Assembly (NCBI GenBank): GCA_965208625.1
Contig: OZ242348.1
Location: forward strand, 1,987,957-2,051,956
Length of the DNA: 64,000 nucleotides
Direction of reading: 5' to 3'
From: Dehalococcoidia bacterium
GTDB lineage: Bacteria > Chloroflexota > Dehalococcoidia > Lucifugimonadales > Australimonadaceae
Shown here: in pieces, positions 28,680 through 37,011 of the stretch
Position numbering within the stretch: the stretch's first letter is position 1
Layout of the letters: every line of letters starts with the position of its first letter
Made by a program: the position numbers and the translations under genes
Notes under the pieces: generated by a model
Database searches by the model: none
What the model saw: the letters and a program-made list of their open reading frames with translations, nothing else
What the model was told of the DNA's origin: nothing

Positions 28680-29510
28680 ATGGAACTGGAACCGGGGATA
28701 CACCAACTCACCTTCGGACGGGAGCCGCTGCCGGGGTTCCCGCCGCCCAACGCCTACCTCGTATTCGGCTCGGACACCGCTGTCCTCATCGACACCGGCT
28801 GGGAGAACGAGGACGACCACCTCGCTCGCGCCGCCTACATCCGCGAGGTCAACGCGCCGCCCGTCTCCGAGATCGTCATCACCCACCGCCACCCCGACCA
28901 CGGCGGCGGCGCGCTGCACATGCACCGCGAGACCGGCGCGCCGCTCGCGTGCCACCCGAACGACCGCGAGGCAATCGAGAACGACCGTCTCCACGGCGAG
29001 TTGCACGTCGCCGACGACCTGCAGCACGGCGACCGCCGGGAGCTGGGCGGCCTCTCCCTCGAAGCCGTCTGGGCGCCCGGCCACACCTCCGGCTCGCTCG
29101 CCCTTTTCGCGCCAGAGCGCAAAGCGCTCTTCACCAGCGACACCGTCCTCGCCGTCTCCACAACCAGCATCGGCCCGCACGACGGCAACCTCGCCGACTA
29201 CATGCGAACGCTGGAGATGCTGAAGGACGTGGACGCCCGCATCATGTACACCGGCCACGGCGGCCCGGTGAAGCGGCCGAAGGCACGGCTCAACGCGCTC
29301 ATCAAGCACCGGCACGAGCGCGAGCAGGCCATCCTGAACGCGCTGCGCGACGGCCCGCTCTCGCCCGCCGAGCTTCGCGTGCGCATCTACACCCGCCTCC
29401 CGAAGTCCCGCGAGCGCCTCGCGGAGCGGCAGCTCTTGACCACGCTCACCAAACTCGCAGAGGAGCAGGCGGTCGTAGCCGAAGAGAACGACCGCTACGC
29501 CCTGCGGTAG
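28680..29510 (+). CDS. MBL-fold metallo-hydrolase
   Basis: 276 aa. ITHRHPDHGGG motif, later HTSGS and TGHG. Confidence 0.85.
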   Translation: MELEPGIHQLTFGREPLPGFPPPNAYLVFGSDTAVLIDTGWENEDDHLARAAYIREVNAPPVSEIVITHRHPDHGGGALHMHRETGAPLACHPNDREAIENDRLHGELHVADDLQHGDRRELGGLSLEAVWAPGHTSGSLALFAPERKALFTSDTVLAVSTTSIGPHDGNLADYMRTLEMLKDVDARIMYTGHGGPVKRPKARLNALIKHRHEREQAILNALRDGPLSPAELRVRIYTRLPKSRERLAERQLLTTLTKLAEEQAVVAEENDRYALR

Positions 29511-29529
29511 CGGAGAACGGACGGAGCGC

Positions 29530-30036
29530 ATGCGTATCCTCGGCGTCGACCCCGGAACCCAGACGATGGGCTACAGCATCCTCGACCTCGACGACGACGG
29601 CGAGACGCCACGCTGCCTCGCGTGGGGGACGTTCGACGGCGGACGCTCAAAGGAGATCGCGGAGCGGCTCCACCTGTTGCACGGCGAACTGCAGGCGCTC
29701 GCGGAGCGCTGGACGCCGGACCAGCTCGCGATAGAGGAGCCGTTCGTTGCGCCGGCGCGGGGCGCGAAGTCCGCCATCGCCGTGGGGCAGGCGCAGGCCG
29801 TTGCGCTGCTCATTGCGGCGCGCGCGGGCATCCCCATCCACCGGTACTCCCCCGCCACTGTCAAGAGCGCCGTGGCCAACTACGGCGCGGGCGACAAGGC
29901 GCAGGTGCAGCGCTCCGTCCGCATCCTCCTCGGGCTCGGCGACGAGCCGATTGCGGAGGACGCCTCGGACGCCATAGCCATCGCACTCTGCCATGTACAG
30001 GCGCTCCGCACCGCCGCGCGGCTGAGTGCGCGATGA
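29530..30036 (+). CDS. ruvC: Crossover junction endodeoxyribonuclease RuvC
   Basis: 168 aa. MRILGVDPGTQTMGYSIL, ..IEEPF.., DASDAIAIALCH. Confidence 0.9.
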   Translation: MRILGVDPGTQTMGYSILDLDDDGETPRCLAWGTFDGGRSKEIAERLHLLHGELQALAERWTPDQLAIEEPFVAPARGAKSAIAVGQAQAVALLIAARAGIPIHRYSPATVKSAVANYGAGDKAQVQRSVRILLGLGDEPIAEDASDAIAIALCHVQALRTAARLSAR

Positions 30037-30644
30037 GCATCATCGCAGGCGTCGAGGGCACGATCGAGGCGAAATACGCCGACTCCGTCGTCGTGCGCGT
30101 CGGCGGCGGCATCCTGCTGCGCGTCTTCGTCCCTGCGCACGACCTCGGCGGGCTGCCCGGAGCAGACAGCCCCGTGCGGCTACACACCCACCTCATCGTC
30201 CGCGAGGACGACCTGCAACTGTACGGGTTCGCCACCGAGCACGGACGACGCCTGTTCGAGATGCTCATCGGCGTGAGCCAGGTCGGCCCGAAGGCCGCGC
30301 TTGCCGTCCTGAGCGTGCTCTCGCCGGAAGACCTCGCCACGGCCATCGTCGCGGGCGACGCGACCGCCATCAGCCGCGCGCCGGGGGTCGGCAAGCGCAC
30401 CGCCGAGCGCATCATCCTGGACCTCAAGGGCAAGCTGGAGGAGGAGATAGGCGCGCCGCTCGTGACCGGCGCAGGCGTCGCTACAACCGCAGGCGCGACG
30501 GGCGACCCAGCACTGCAATGGCTGATGGCGCTCGGCTACTCCGCCCTGGAGGCCCGGCAGGCGCTCGCCGCCGAGGACGGCGCAGCCGACGCCCCCACCG
30601 ACGAGCGCGTCAGACGCGCGCTCCAGCGCATGGGCGGCGGTTAA
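30033..30644 (+). CDS. ruvA: Holliday junction DNA helicase subunit RuvA
   Basis: ATG at 30033 overlaps the ruvC stop (ATGA). MSIIAGVEGTIEAKYADSVVVRVGGGILLRV, HhH region ISRAPGVGKRTAERIILDLK. Confidence 0.9.
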   Translation: MSIIAGVEGTIEAKYADSVVVRVGGGILLRVFVPAHDLGGLPGADSPVRLHTHLIVREDDLQLYGFATEHGRRLFEMLIGVSQVGPKAALAVLSVLSPEDLATAIVAGDATAISRAPGVGKRTAERIILDLKGKLEEEIGAPLVTGAGVATTAGATGDPALQWLMALGYSALEARQALAAEDGAADAPTDERVRRALQRMGGG

Positions 30645-30724
30645 CGGGCGGAACCCTCCCCAGCGTCACCAGCCCCTTGCCTACTCTACCCCGCACAGCC
30701 AAAGATGCTTGCGGGCGACATCTC

Positions 30725-30916
30725 ATGGTGCATAAGGTAAGGGAAGCGATTCGAATGGTGGAGCGGGATGGTTGGTTCCTGGTGCGTACGCGCGGGAGCC
30801 ACCGGCAGTTTCATCACGCAACGAAACCCGGAACGGTTACCATACCGGGGCGCCTGGGCGAAGATGTGCGACAATGGCTCTGGGACGGGATCAGGAAGCA
30901 AGCGGGACTGAAGTAG
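30725..30916 (+). CDS. hicA: HicA family mRNA-interferase toxin
   Basis: 63 aa. VERDGWFLVRTRGSHRQFHHATKPGTVTIPG (YcfA/HicA signature). Confidence 0.85.
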   Translation: MVHKVREAIRMVERDGWFLVRTRGSHRQFHHATKPGTVTIPGRLGEDVRQWLWDGIRKQAGLK

Positions 30917-30927
30917 AGGCGGCAGGC

Positions 30928-31350
30928 ATGCGGTACTTGGTCGTCATCAGCAGGACCCCCAACAACTACTGCGCGGGAGCGCCGGACGTTCCCGGCTGCA
31001 TCTCCACCGGCCGCACGCCGGAAGAGATGAAGGTGAACATCCGCGAAGCTCTCGAATTCCACTTCGAAGGAATGTCGGAACACGGGGAGACGCTGCCCGA
31101 GCCAACCGCGCGCGCAATCGTGGTAGAGGGCTATAACGCTGTCGTCTACCGCGAGGACGGAGCGTGGAAGGCATTTGCGGAGGAACTCTGGCCCATCGTC
31201 GTTGCCGCCGACACGCCAGAGCGGGCGGAATCGCTCTTCCGTGAGACGCTTCCCGCCTATCTCGGCTCTCTCCGCGCTTCCGGCGCGCCTGTGCCTCCTC
31301 CTGCGGCGGAGGTCTTCTTCGTCGACGTCAACCTCCCCGTGCCCGCCTGA
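30928..31350 (+). CDS. hicB: HicB family antitoxin (two HicB-like N-domains, no obvious DNA-binding domain)
   Basis: 140 aa. MRYLVVISRTPNNYCAGAPDVPGCISTGRTPEEMKVNIREALEFHFEG, then a second similar unit YNAVVYREDGAWKAFAEELWPIVVAADTPERAESLFRETL. Confidence 0.8.
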   Translation: MRYLVVISRTPNNYCAGAPDVPGCISTGRTPEEMKVNIREALEFHFEGMSEHGETLPEPTARAIVVEGYNAVVYREDGAWKAFAEELWPIVVAADTPERAESLFRETLPAYLGSLRASGAPVPPPAAEVFFVDVNLPVPA

Positions 31351-31355
31351 CCCCC

Positions 31356-32132
31356 ATGCCATTCGACTTCCCCTACGACGACTGGGCCGACATCTACGAC
31401 GCGGTCTACGCCGACCTGACGCACGACATCGACTTCTACGTCGAGCTGGCGCGCGAGTCCGGCGGTCCCGTCCTGGAGCTCGGCTGCGGCACGGGACGCA
31501 TCAGCCTCCCCATCGCTCGCGAGGGCATCGCCGTCACCGGCATCGACATCTCACCAAGGATGATCGCGATCGCCCATGAGAAGGCAACGAAGCGCGGGCT
31601 CTCTGAGCGCTGCGTCTTCCAGTCCGGCGACATGGCGACGCTGCAGCTCGCCGAGCGCTTCCCGCTCGTCATCATGCCGTTCCGTTCCTTCCAGAGCATG
31701 CTCACGACAGAGGAGCAGCGGCAGTCGCTCGCCCGCGTTCGGGAGCGGCTCGCACCCGGCGGCGTCTTCGCGATGGACACGTTCAACCCGGACGCGAGTT
31801 CGCTGGTGAACGACGAGACCTCCCGCCTCGCCTACCACCAGAAGGACGTCGAGCGCGCCGGAGGCGGAACGCTCGTCGTCTGGGGGCAGAATGGGTGGGA
31901 CCCCGTGACCCAGGTGAACGACGTCCGCCTCATCATCGAGGAAGTGAGCGACGAGGGCGTCGTCGAGCGGCGGCTCATGCGCGACTACGAACAGCGCTAC
32001 ATCTTCCGGTACGAGATGGAGCACCTGCTGGAGCTGTGCGGCTTTGACCTCGAAGCCGTCTACGGCGACTTCGAAGGCGGCCTCGTCACCGGGGAGACGG
32101 AAGACCTCGTCTGGGTGGCGAGGGCAATCTAG
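31356..32132 (+). CDS. Class I SAM-dependent methyltransferase
   Basis: 258 aa. Motif I VLELGCGTGRISLPIA. Confidence 0.8.
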   Translation: MPFDFPYDDWADIYDAVYADLTHDIDFYVELARESGGPVLELGCGTGRISLPIAREGIAVTGIDISPRMIAIAHEKATKRGLSERCVFQSGDMATLQLAERFPLVIMPFRSFQSMLTTEEQRQSLARVRERLAPGGVFAMDTFNPDASSLVNDETSRLAYHQKDVERAGGGTLVVWGQNGWDPVTQVNDVRLIIEEVSDEGVVERRLMRDYEQRYIFRYEMEHLLELCGFDLEAVYGDFEGGLVTGETEDLVWVARAI

Positions 32133-32140
32133 GAGGCGCC

Positions 32141-32653
32141 ATGGCCGACTACTTCGACCGCATCACGGACAAGCAGGCCGACCTCATCCGCCAGGCACAG
32201 GTATTCTTCGTCGCCACCGCCGACCCCGGCCTCGCGCCGGGGATGCACGTCGGCGCGGTGAACGTTTCGCCGAAGGGCGGCGTGCCGCTCCACGTGCTGG
32301 ACGAGCGCCGCGTGGCGTATCTCGACTACACCGGCAGCGGCAACGAGACGGCGCGGCACTCGATGGCAGGCGGCCCCATCACCGTCATGGTCTGCTCGTT
32401 CGACAGCGAGGACGCCGCCGTCGTGCGGCTGTACGGGCACGCGACCGTGACGCCTATCGCAGAGTCCCCGCTCGCCGGGCAACTGCTGGCCGCGCCTGCC
32501 GACAACATCGCGCTGCCGGAGCGGCAGGCCATCGTGGTCGACGTCGAGAGCACTGCCACGAGTTGCGGCTACGGCGTGCCGGTGATGGAGTTCGGCGCGC
32601 AGCGCACCGTCCGCGAACGCGGTCGCCGCTACAAGGTGCCCCGGAAGGCGTAG
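32141..32653 (+). CDS. Pyridoxamine 5'-phosphate oxidase-like (split-barrel flavin-binding) family protein
   Basis: 170 aa. FFVATADPG...VNVSPKGG...LDYTGSGNETARH pattern of the PNPOx-like family. Confidence 0.55.
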   Translation: MADYFDRITDKQADLIRQAQVFFVATADPGLAPGMHVGAVNVSPKGGVPLHVLDERRVAYLDYTGSGNETARHSMAGGPITVMVCSFDSEDAAVVRLYGHATVTPIAESPLAGQLLAAPADNIALPERQAIVVDVESTATSCGYGVPVMEFGAQRTVRERGRRYKVPRKA

Positions 32654-32709
32654 CGCACTTTACACCTGCCCCTCGTTAGGCTAGGTTCACGCCGTATCGG
32701 ACGGCGCTG

Positions 32710-33726
32710 ATGCGTCGTGGAGTGGGGACTTACTTGACGGCTCTCCTCGAAGTGAACGGCCTGCGCACGCACTTCTTCACGTCTGCCGGCGTGGTGAAGG
32801 CTGTGGACGGAATCACCTTCGACCTCATGGAAGGCGAATCGCTCGCCATCGTCGGTGAGAGCGGCTGCGGCAAGAGCATCACCGCGCTCTCCATCATGCG
32901 GCTCATCCCCAGCCCGCCCGGACGCATCCTGGGCGGGTCGATACGCTTCATGGGCGAAGACCTCCTCGCGCAGGACGACAAGGCCATGCGCGACATCCGG
33001 GGGAACCGCATCGGCATGGTGTTCCAGGAGCCGATGACCTCCCTGAACCCCGTGCTCACGATAGGCCGGCAGCTCACCGAGGCCGTGCAGCGGCACCTCG
33101 GCTACGACAACGAGGCAGCCCACGCCCGTGCGTCGGAGCTGCTGGAGCTCGTCGGCATACCGGACGCCGCGAACCGCCTCCGCGCCTATCCCCACGAGTT
33201 CTCCGGCGGCATGCGCCAGCGCGTCATGATCGCCATGGCGCTTTCCTGCAGCCCGAAACTGCTCATCGCCGACGAGCCAACCACCGCGCTGGACGTCACG
33301 ATCCAGGCCCAGATCCTCGAGCTCATCCAGCAGGTGCAGCGGGAGCTGGGCATCGCGGTCATCATCATCACGCACAACCTCGGCGTCGTCGCGCGCTACG
33401 TCGACCGCATCAACGTCATGTACGCAGGCCGCATCGTGGAGCGCGGCACGCTCCACCAGGTGTTCGACCAGCCGCAGCATCCCTACACGAAGGGGCTGCT
33501 GGCGTCCGTGCCCCGGCTCGACAAACCGAAGGGCGAGCGCCTCATCCCCATCGAGGGGATGCCGCCGGACCTGAGCAACCTCCCCGCAGGCTGCGCGTTC
33601 CGCGAGCGCTGCGCGTATGCCATCGCACGCTGCGAAGAGGACGTGCCGGAGGTGCGCCACGTCAAGAGCGCGGCTGCCGAGCACCACGTCGCCTGCTGGG
33701 CAGTGGAGACGGGGAGCGCCGCATGA
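32710..33726 (+). CDS. Oligopeptide/dipeptide-type ABC transporter ATP-binding protein (OppD/DppD-like)
   Basis: 338 aa. [24 protein letters not shown]-terminal oligopeptide-ATPase extension (HPYTKGLL...CAFRERC). The start may lie slightly downstream. Confidence 0.85.
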   Translation: MRRGVGTYLTALLEVNGLRTHFFTSAGVVKAVDGITFDLMEGESLAIVGESGCGKSITALSIMRLIPSPPGRILGGSIRFMGEDLLAQDDKAMRDIRGNRIGMVFQEPMTSLNPVLTIGRQLTEAVQRHLGYDNEAAHARASELLELVGIPDAANRLRAYPHEFSGGMRQRVMIAMALSCSPKLLIADEPTTALDVTIQAQILELIQQVQRELGIAVIIITHNLGVVARYVDRINVMYAGRIVERGTLHQVFDQPQHPYTKGLLASVPRLDKPKGERLIPIEGMPPDLSNLPAGCAFRERCAYAIARCEEDVPEVRHVKSAAAEHHVACWAVETGSAA

Positions 33727-34730
33727 CCACGACATCCGCGGATTCCCCTCTCGTCGAAGTGAGCCGGGTGAAGAAGTACTTCCCGGTCACCTCCGGCATC
33801 GTGTTCAAGAAGCGTGTCGGCGAGGTCAAGGCCGTGGACGACGTATCGCTCGCGATACGCCGCGGCGAGACGCTCGGCCTCGTGGGCGAGAGCGGCAGCG
33901 GCAAGAGCACGCTGGGACGCTGCATCCTGCAACTGCACCAGCAGACCGAAGGCGAAGTCAAGTTCGACGGCGTGGAGATGAGCACGCTGGGCGGCAGGGA
34001 ATTGCGCACCATGCGCAGGCGCATCAACGCCATCTTCCAGGACCCGTACTCGTCGCTCAGCCCGCGCATGACCGCGGCGGGCATCATCGGGGAGCCGGTG
34101 AGCGTGCACGGGCTCGTGCAGGGCAAGGCGGAGATGCGGGAGCGCATCCAGCATCTGCTGGATGTCGTCGGGCTCAACCCCTACATGGCCGACCGCTTCC
34201 CGCACGAGTTCTCCGGCGGCCAGCGCCAACGCATCGGCATCGCACGGGCCATCGCGGCGGAGCCGGAGTTCATCGTCGCCGACGAGCCCGTCTCCGCGCT
34301 CGACGTCTCGATACAGGCGCAGATCATCAACCTCCTCCAGGAGTTGCAGGAGCAGTTCGGGCTCACGTACCTCCTCATCGCGCACGACCTCTCCGTCGTG
34401 CGGCACATCTCGGACCGCGTCGCGGTCATGTACCTGGGCAAGCTGATGGAGCTCGCGCCCTGCGACGACCTCTACGAGGACCCGCAGCACCCCTACACCA
34501 GGGCGCTGCTCTCCGCCGTGCCGGTGCCCGACCCCACCGTGGAGGAGGCCCGCGAGCGCATCGTGCTGCAGGGCGACATCCCCAGCCCTCAGAACCCGCC
34601 GCAGGGATGCGTCTTCCACACGCGCTGCCCGATGGCCATCGACGACTGCCGCGCCGTCGTCCCGCCGCTCAAGGAGACGAGCCCCGGCCACTGGACGGCG
34701 TGCATCCGCGTCGGCCCCGGCGCCATCTAG
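33723..34730 (+). CDS. Oligopeptide/dipeptide-type ABC transporter ATP-binding protein (OppF/DppF-like)
   Basis: 335 aa. 4-nt overlap with the upstream ATPase. [31 protein letters not shown]...CVFHTRCP. Confidence 0.85.
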   Translation: MTTTSADSPLVEVSRVKKYFPVTSGIVFKKRVGEVKAVDDVSLAIRRGETLGLVGESGSGKSTLGRCILQLHQQTEGEVKFDGVEMSTLGGRELRTMRRRINAIFQDPYSSLSPRMTAAGIIGEPVSVHGLVQGKAEMRERIQHLLDVVGLNPYMADRFPHEFSGGQRQRIGIARAIAAEPEFIVADEPVSALDVSIQAQIINLLQELQEQFGLTYLLIAHDLSVVRHISDRVAVMYLGKLMELAPCDDLYEDPQHPYTRALLSAVPVPDPTVEEARERIVLQGDIPSPQNPPQGCVFHTRCPMAIDDCRAVVPPLKETSPGHWTACIRVGPGAI

Positions 34731-34731
34731 G

Positions 34732-35796
34732 TCAGGCGCCAACCTCGATCCCGTATAGCTTCGAGACGTTGTCCCGCAGCAGCCCGGCGCGCACGTCCGC
34801 GGGCAGACTGCCCATGTCGCGAGCAACGATCTGCCGCGAGTCGGGCCACGTCGAGTTGCCGTGCGGGTAGTCGCTGGACCACATGCAGTTGCCGGCGCCC
34901 CACCAGGAGAGAATTCTGCCGCCCACCGCGTCGTTGAAGAACGTGGCGTACACCTGCCGGTTGAAGTACTCGCTGGGGAGCATCGTGAGGTCGAGTGCCG
35001 GCCTGTTCGTGCCGTGGCGCTGGAAGTAGTAGTCCCACTGCTCCAGGACGAAGGGCAGCCAGCCGATCTCGTTCTCTACGAGCACCAGCTTGAGCCGCGG
35101 GAAGCGCTCCAGCACTCCGGAGAAGATGAAATCGTACAGGGCGTCCATCGCGTAGACGAGCTTCATATTGACGCTCGTCCGCTCCTGCTCGATGCCCCGC
35201 TCTCCCTGGCCGAACGACTGCCGCAGGTTGTAGCCGTGGCCGCTGAGGATGTGCAGCGAGACCGGCATGTCCAGTTCCTGTGCGCGGGCCCACAGGGAAT
35301 CGTAGTGGCGCGACGTGAAGGGCAGCGCGGGGTCGGGCACCTGCCACACCACCACTCCGGACATCCCCGCCTTGCGGGAACGCTCCATCTCCTCGACCGC
35401 CGCCTCGATACGGTACGTCGAGAGCAACGCGAGGCCGATCAGCCGGTCCGGCGCCGCCGAGCAGTAGTCCGCCAGCCAGTCGTTGTAGACCCTGGCGCAC
35501 GCCTCCTCGAGGTCGCGGTCGCCGAGGACGAGCGTCTTCAGGCCGTGCGTCGGATACAGCACCTCGGCGCTGACACCGTCGCGGGCCATCTCGTTGACCC
35601 TCTCCCACTTGTCCATCCCACCGGGGGCGTCGTTCCTCCGAGCGCCGCCGAGGTCGGGAACACGTTCACGGAGCGCTGCGGGAAGGTTCTCCTTCCACAG
35701 GCCCGCGGGTTCGATCACGTGCGAGTCCGACGAGATGAGCACCTCATCGACCGCAGCGCCGGCCTCAGGAGCGTACGTACGTTCGAGGATCCCCAT
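34732..35796 (-). CDS. Amidohydrolase_2 paralog 6
   Basis: 354 aa. LISSDSHVIEP N-terminus; WSSDYPHGN near the C-terminus. Confidence 0.85.
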   Translation of the reverse strand: MGILERTYAPEAGAAVDEVLISSDSHVIEPAGLWKENLPAALRERVPDLGGARRNDAPGGMDKWERVNEMARDGVSAEVLYPTHGLKTLVLGDRDLEEACARVYNDWLADYCSAAPDRLIGLALLSTYRIEAAVEEMERSRKAGMSGVVVWQVPDPALPFTSRHYDSLWARAQELDMPVSLHILSGHGYNLRQSFGQGERGIEQERTSVNMKLVYAMDALYDFIFSGVLERFPRLKLVLVENEIGWLPFVLEQWDYYFQRHGTNRPALDLTMLPSEYFNRQVYATFFNDAVGGRILSWWGAGNCMWSSDYPHGNSTWPDSRQIVARDMGSLPADVRAGLLRDNVSKLYGIEVGA

Positions 35797-36098
35797 GGCA
35801 AGCTTCCTCCTCCGTCAAGGTCGGGCCTTCCGGTTCATCGCTGGCAGCAGTCTAACGCAGCAGCAGATGGCTCACGATGAACACCCAGACGACCTGCGAT
35901 GAGCGCTTCTGCGCGCCCGCGAGCGTGGGTGGTGCGGAATGACCGTGCTGCTTCACTCGTGCGGGCGGGTGCGACAGGAGTAGGCCTGCGAATGCCCCTG
36001 TAACATTCCGCAACATTCAGCAACATGCCACCTCTGGCAGCGCCGGCCGGTGTTGTGCAGGGTGGGACACTCCAGGACATTGCGGGACACGGGACAGC

Positions 36099-36126
36099 GG
36101 CGATGGCGTAAGGGCCGCGTGTCACA
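36099..36126 (-). repeat. Dispersed intergenic repeat, copy C (reverse orientation)
   Basis: The minus strand reads TGTGACACGCGGCCCTTACGCCATCGCC, 24/28 identical to 58259-58286. Confidence 0.6.
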
Positions 36127-36173
36127 GAGGAGGTGGTGCGTCCGACCCGAATGAGCGAAGTAGAAGCCGCGCC

Positions 36174-36202
36174 TTGAAATTGGACACATATATGTTTACA
36201 AT
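36174..36202 (+). promoter_or_regulatory. Candidate promoter and operator of the higBA-like module
   Basis: TTGAAA (36174-79)-N17-TACAAT (36197-202). A perfect 10-bp palindrome ACATATATGT (36186-36195) sits inside the spacer. About 77 nt upstream of ATG 36279. Confidence 0.55.
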
Positions 36203-36278
36203 CTAGTCTATCCTCACTGGGGTAGGAGGTGACGGATGCTGAACACGAATACCAGATCAAGGAGAATGAGGACTTGTA

Positions 36279-36620
36279 ATGTCCTGGGAAATCCTACTCC
36301 ACTCCGACCATCGGGGGCGTTCTCGAGTAGAGGACTACATCCGGGAACTGCATCGCTCTGGTGACCGCTCCGCGGTAGCGACTCTCCAACGCTACATCGA
36401 ACTGCTGGAAGAGAACGGCCCCAATCTGGGGATGCCCCAGGACCGGATACTCGATGCCCGCATCGGTCTCTATGAACTGCGTGCAGGCAACCACCGCGTG
36501 GCGTACGGTGAAGCCCACGGGATGCTGTACCTGCTCGAAGCGTGGAGGAAGCAGGGACGCAGAGCCCCAGTAGAAAGTGTCGACCGTGCCAGGAGGACCC
36601 TGCTCCAAGTGAGGGAGTAA
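36279..36620 (+). CDS. RelE/ParE-superfamily toxin (HigB / phage Gp49-like)
   Basis: 113 aa, AAGGAG SD. ..LGMPQDRILDARIGLYELRAGNHRVAYGE..LYLLEAWRK is the Gp49/HigB-like pattern. The toxin-first order with an XRE antitoxin downstream is typical of higBA. Confidence 0.75.
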   Translation: MSWEILLHSDHRGRSRVEDYIRELHRSGDRSAVATLQRYIELLEENGPNLGMPQDRILDARIGLYELRAGNHRVAYGEAHGMLYLLEAWRKQGRRAPVESVDRARRTLLQVRE

Positions 36621-36625
36621 CAATC

Positions 36626-36934
36626 ATGCGTACCGCAAAGGAACTGTTCCAGGAACTCCATGACCAAGACCCCGAACTACGGCGTGAATACGACCGGCTG
36701 GCGCCCCGGTTCGCCCTGATCGACGCGCTGGTCAAAGCGAGGAAGCAGCACCAACTTACCCAACGCGACCTTGCCGAGCGCATCGGCGTGACCAAGACTG
36801 TCATCAGCCGTGTAGAGTCCGGAAAGCACAGCCCCCGCTTGGAGATGGCATACGACATCGCAAATGCGATCGGCCTGCGCCTCGACATCCGATTGGTGGA
36901 AGACAACGCCGCGCAGGGTACTGAACCCCGCTAG
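36626..36934 (+). CDS. XRE-family HTH antitoxin (HigA-like)
   Basis: 102 aa, starting at Met29 of ORF 36542..36934. LTQRDLAERIGVTKTVISRVESGKHSPRLEMAYDIANAIG is an HTH_XRE domain. Confidence 0.8.
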   Translation: MRTAKELFQELHDQDPELRREYDRLAPRFALIDALVKARKQHQLTQRDLAERIGVTKTVISRVESGKHSPRLEMAYDIANAIGLRLDIRLVEDNAAQGTEPR

Positions 36935-37011
36935 GGCAACCGTTCCGTACAGCTCACGCCAGTTGCAGTCCCCCCCTGCAACACCCGCTCCTTCCGCCCC
37001 AGGAACCCCGC

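Noticed and set aside
30645-32140. A ruvB gene expected after ruvA.
   Set aside because: None of the ORFs downstream of ruvA has AAA+/RuvB motifs. The positions are occupied by hicAB and a methyltransferase, so ruvB is simply not in this window.
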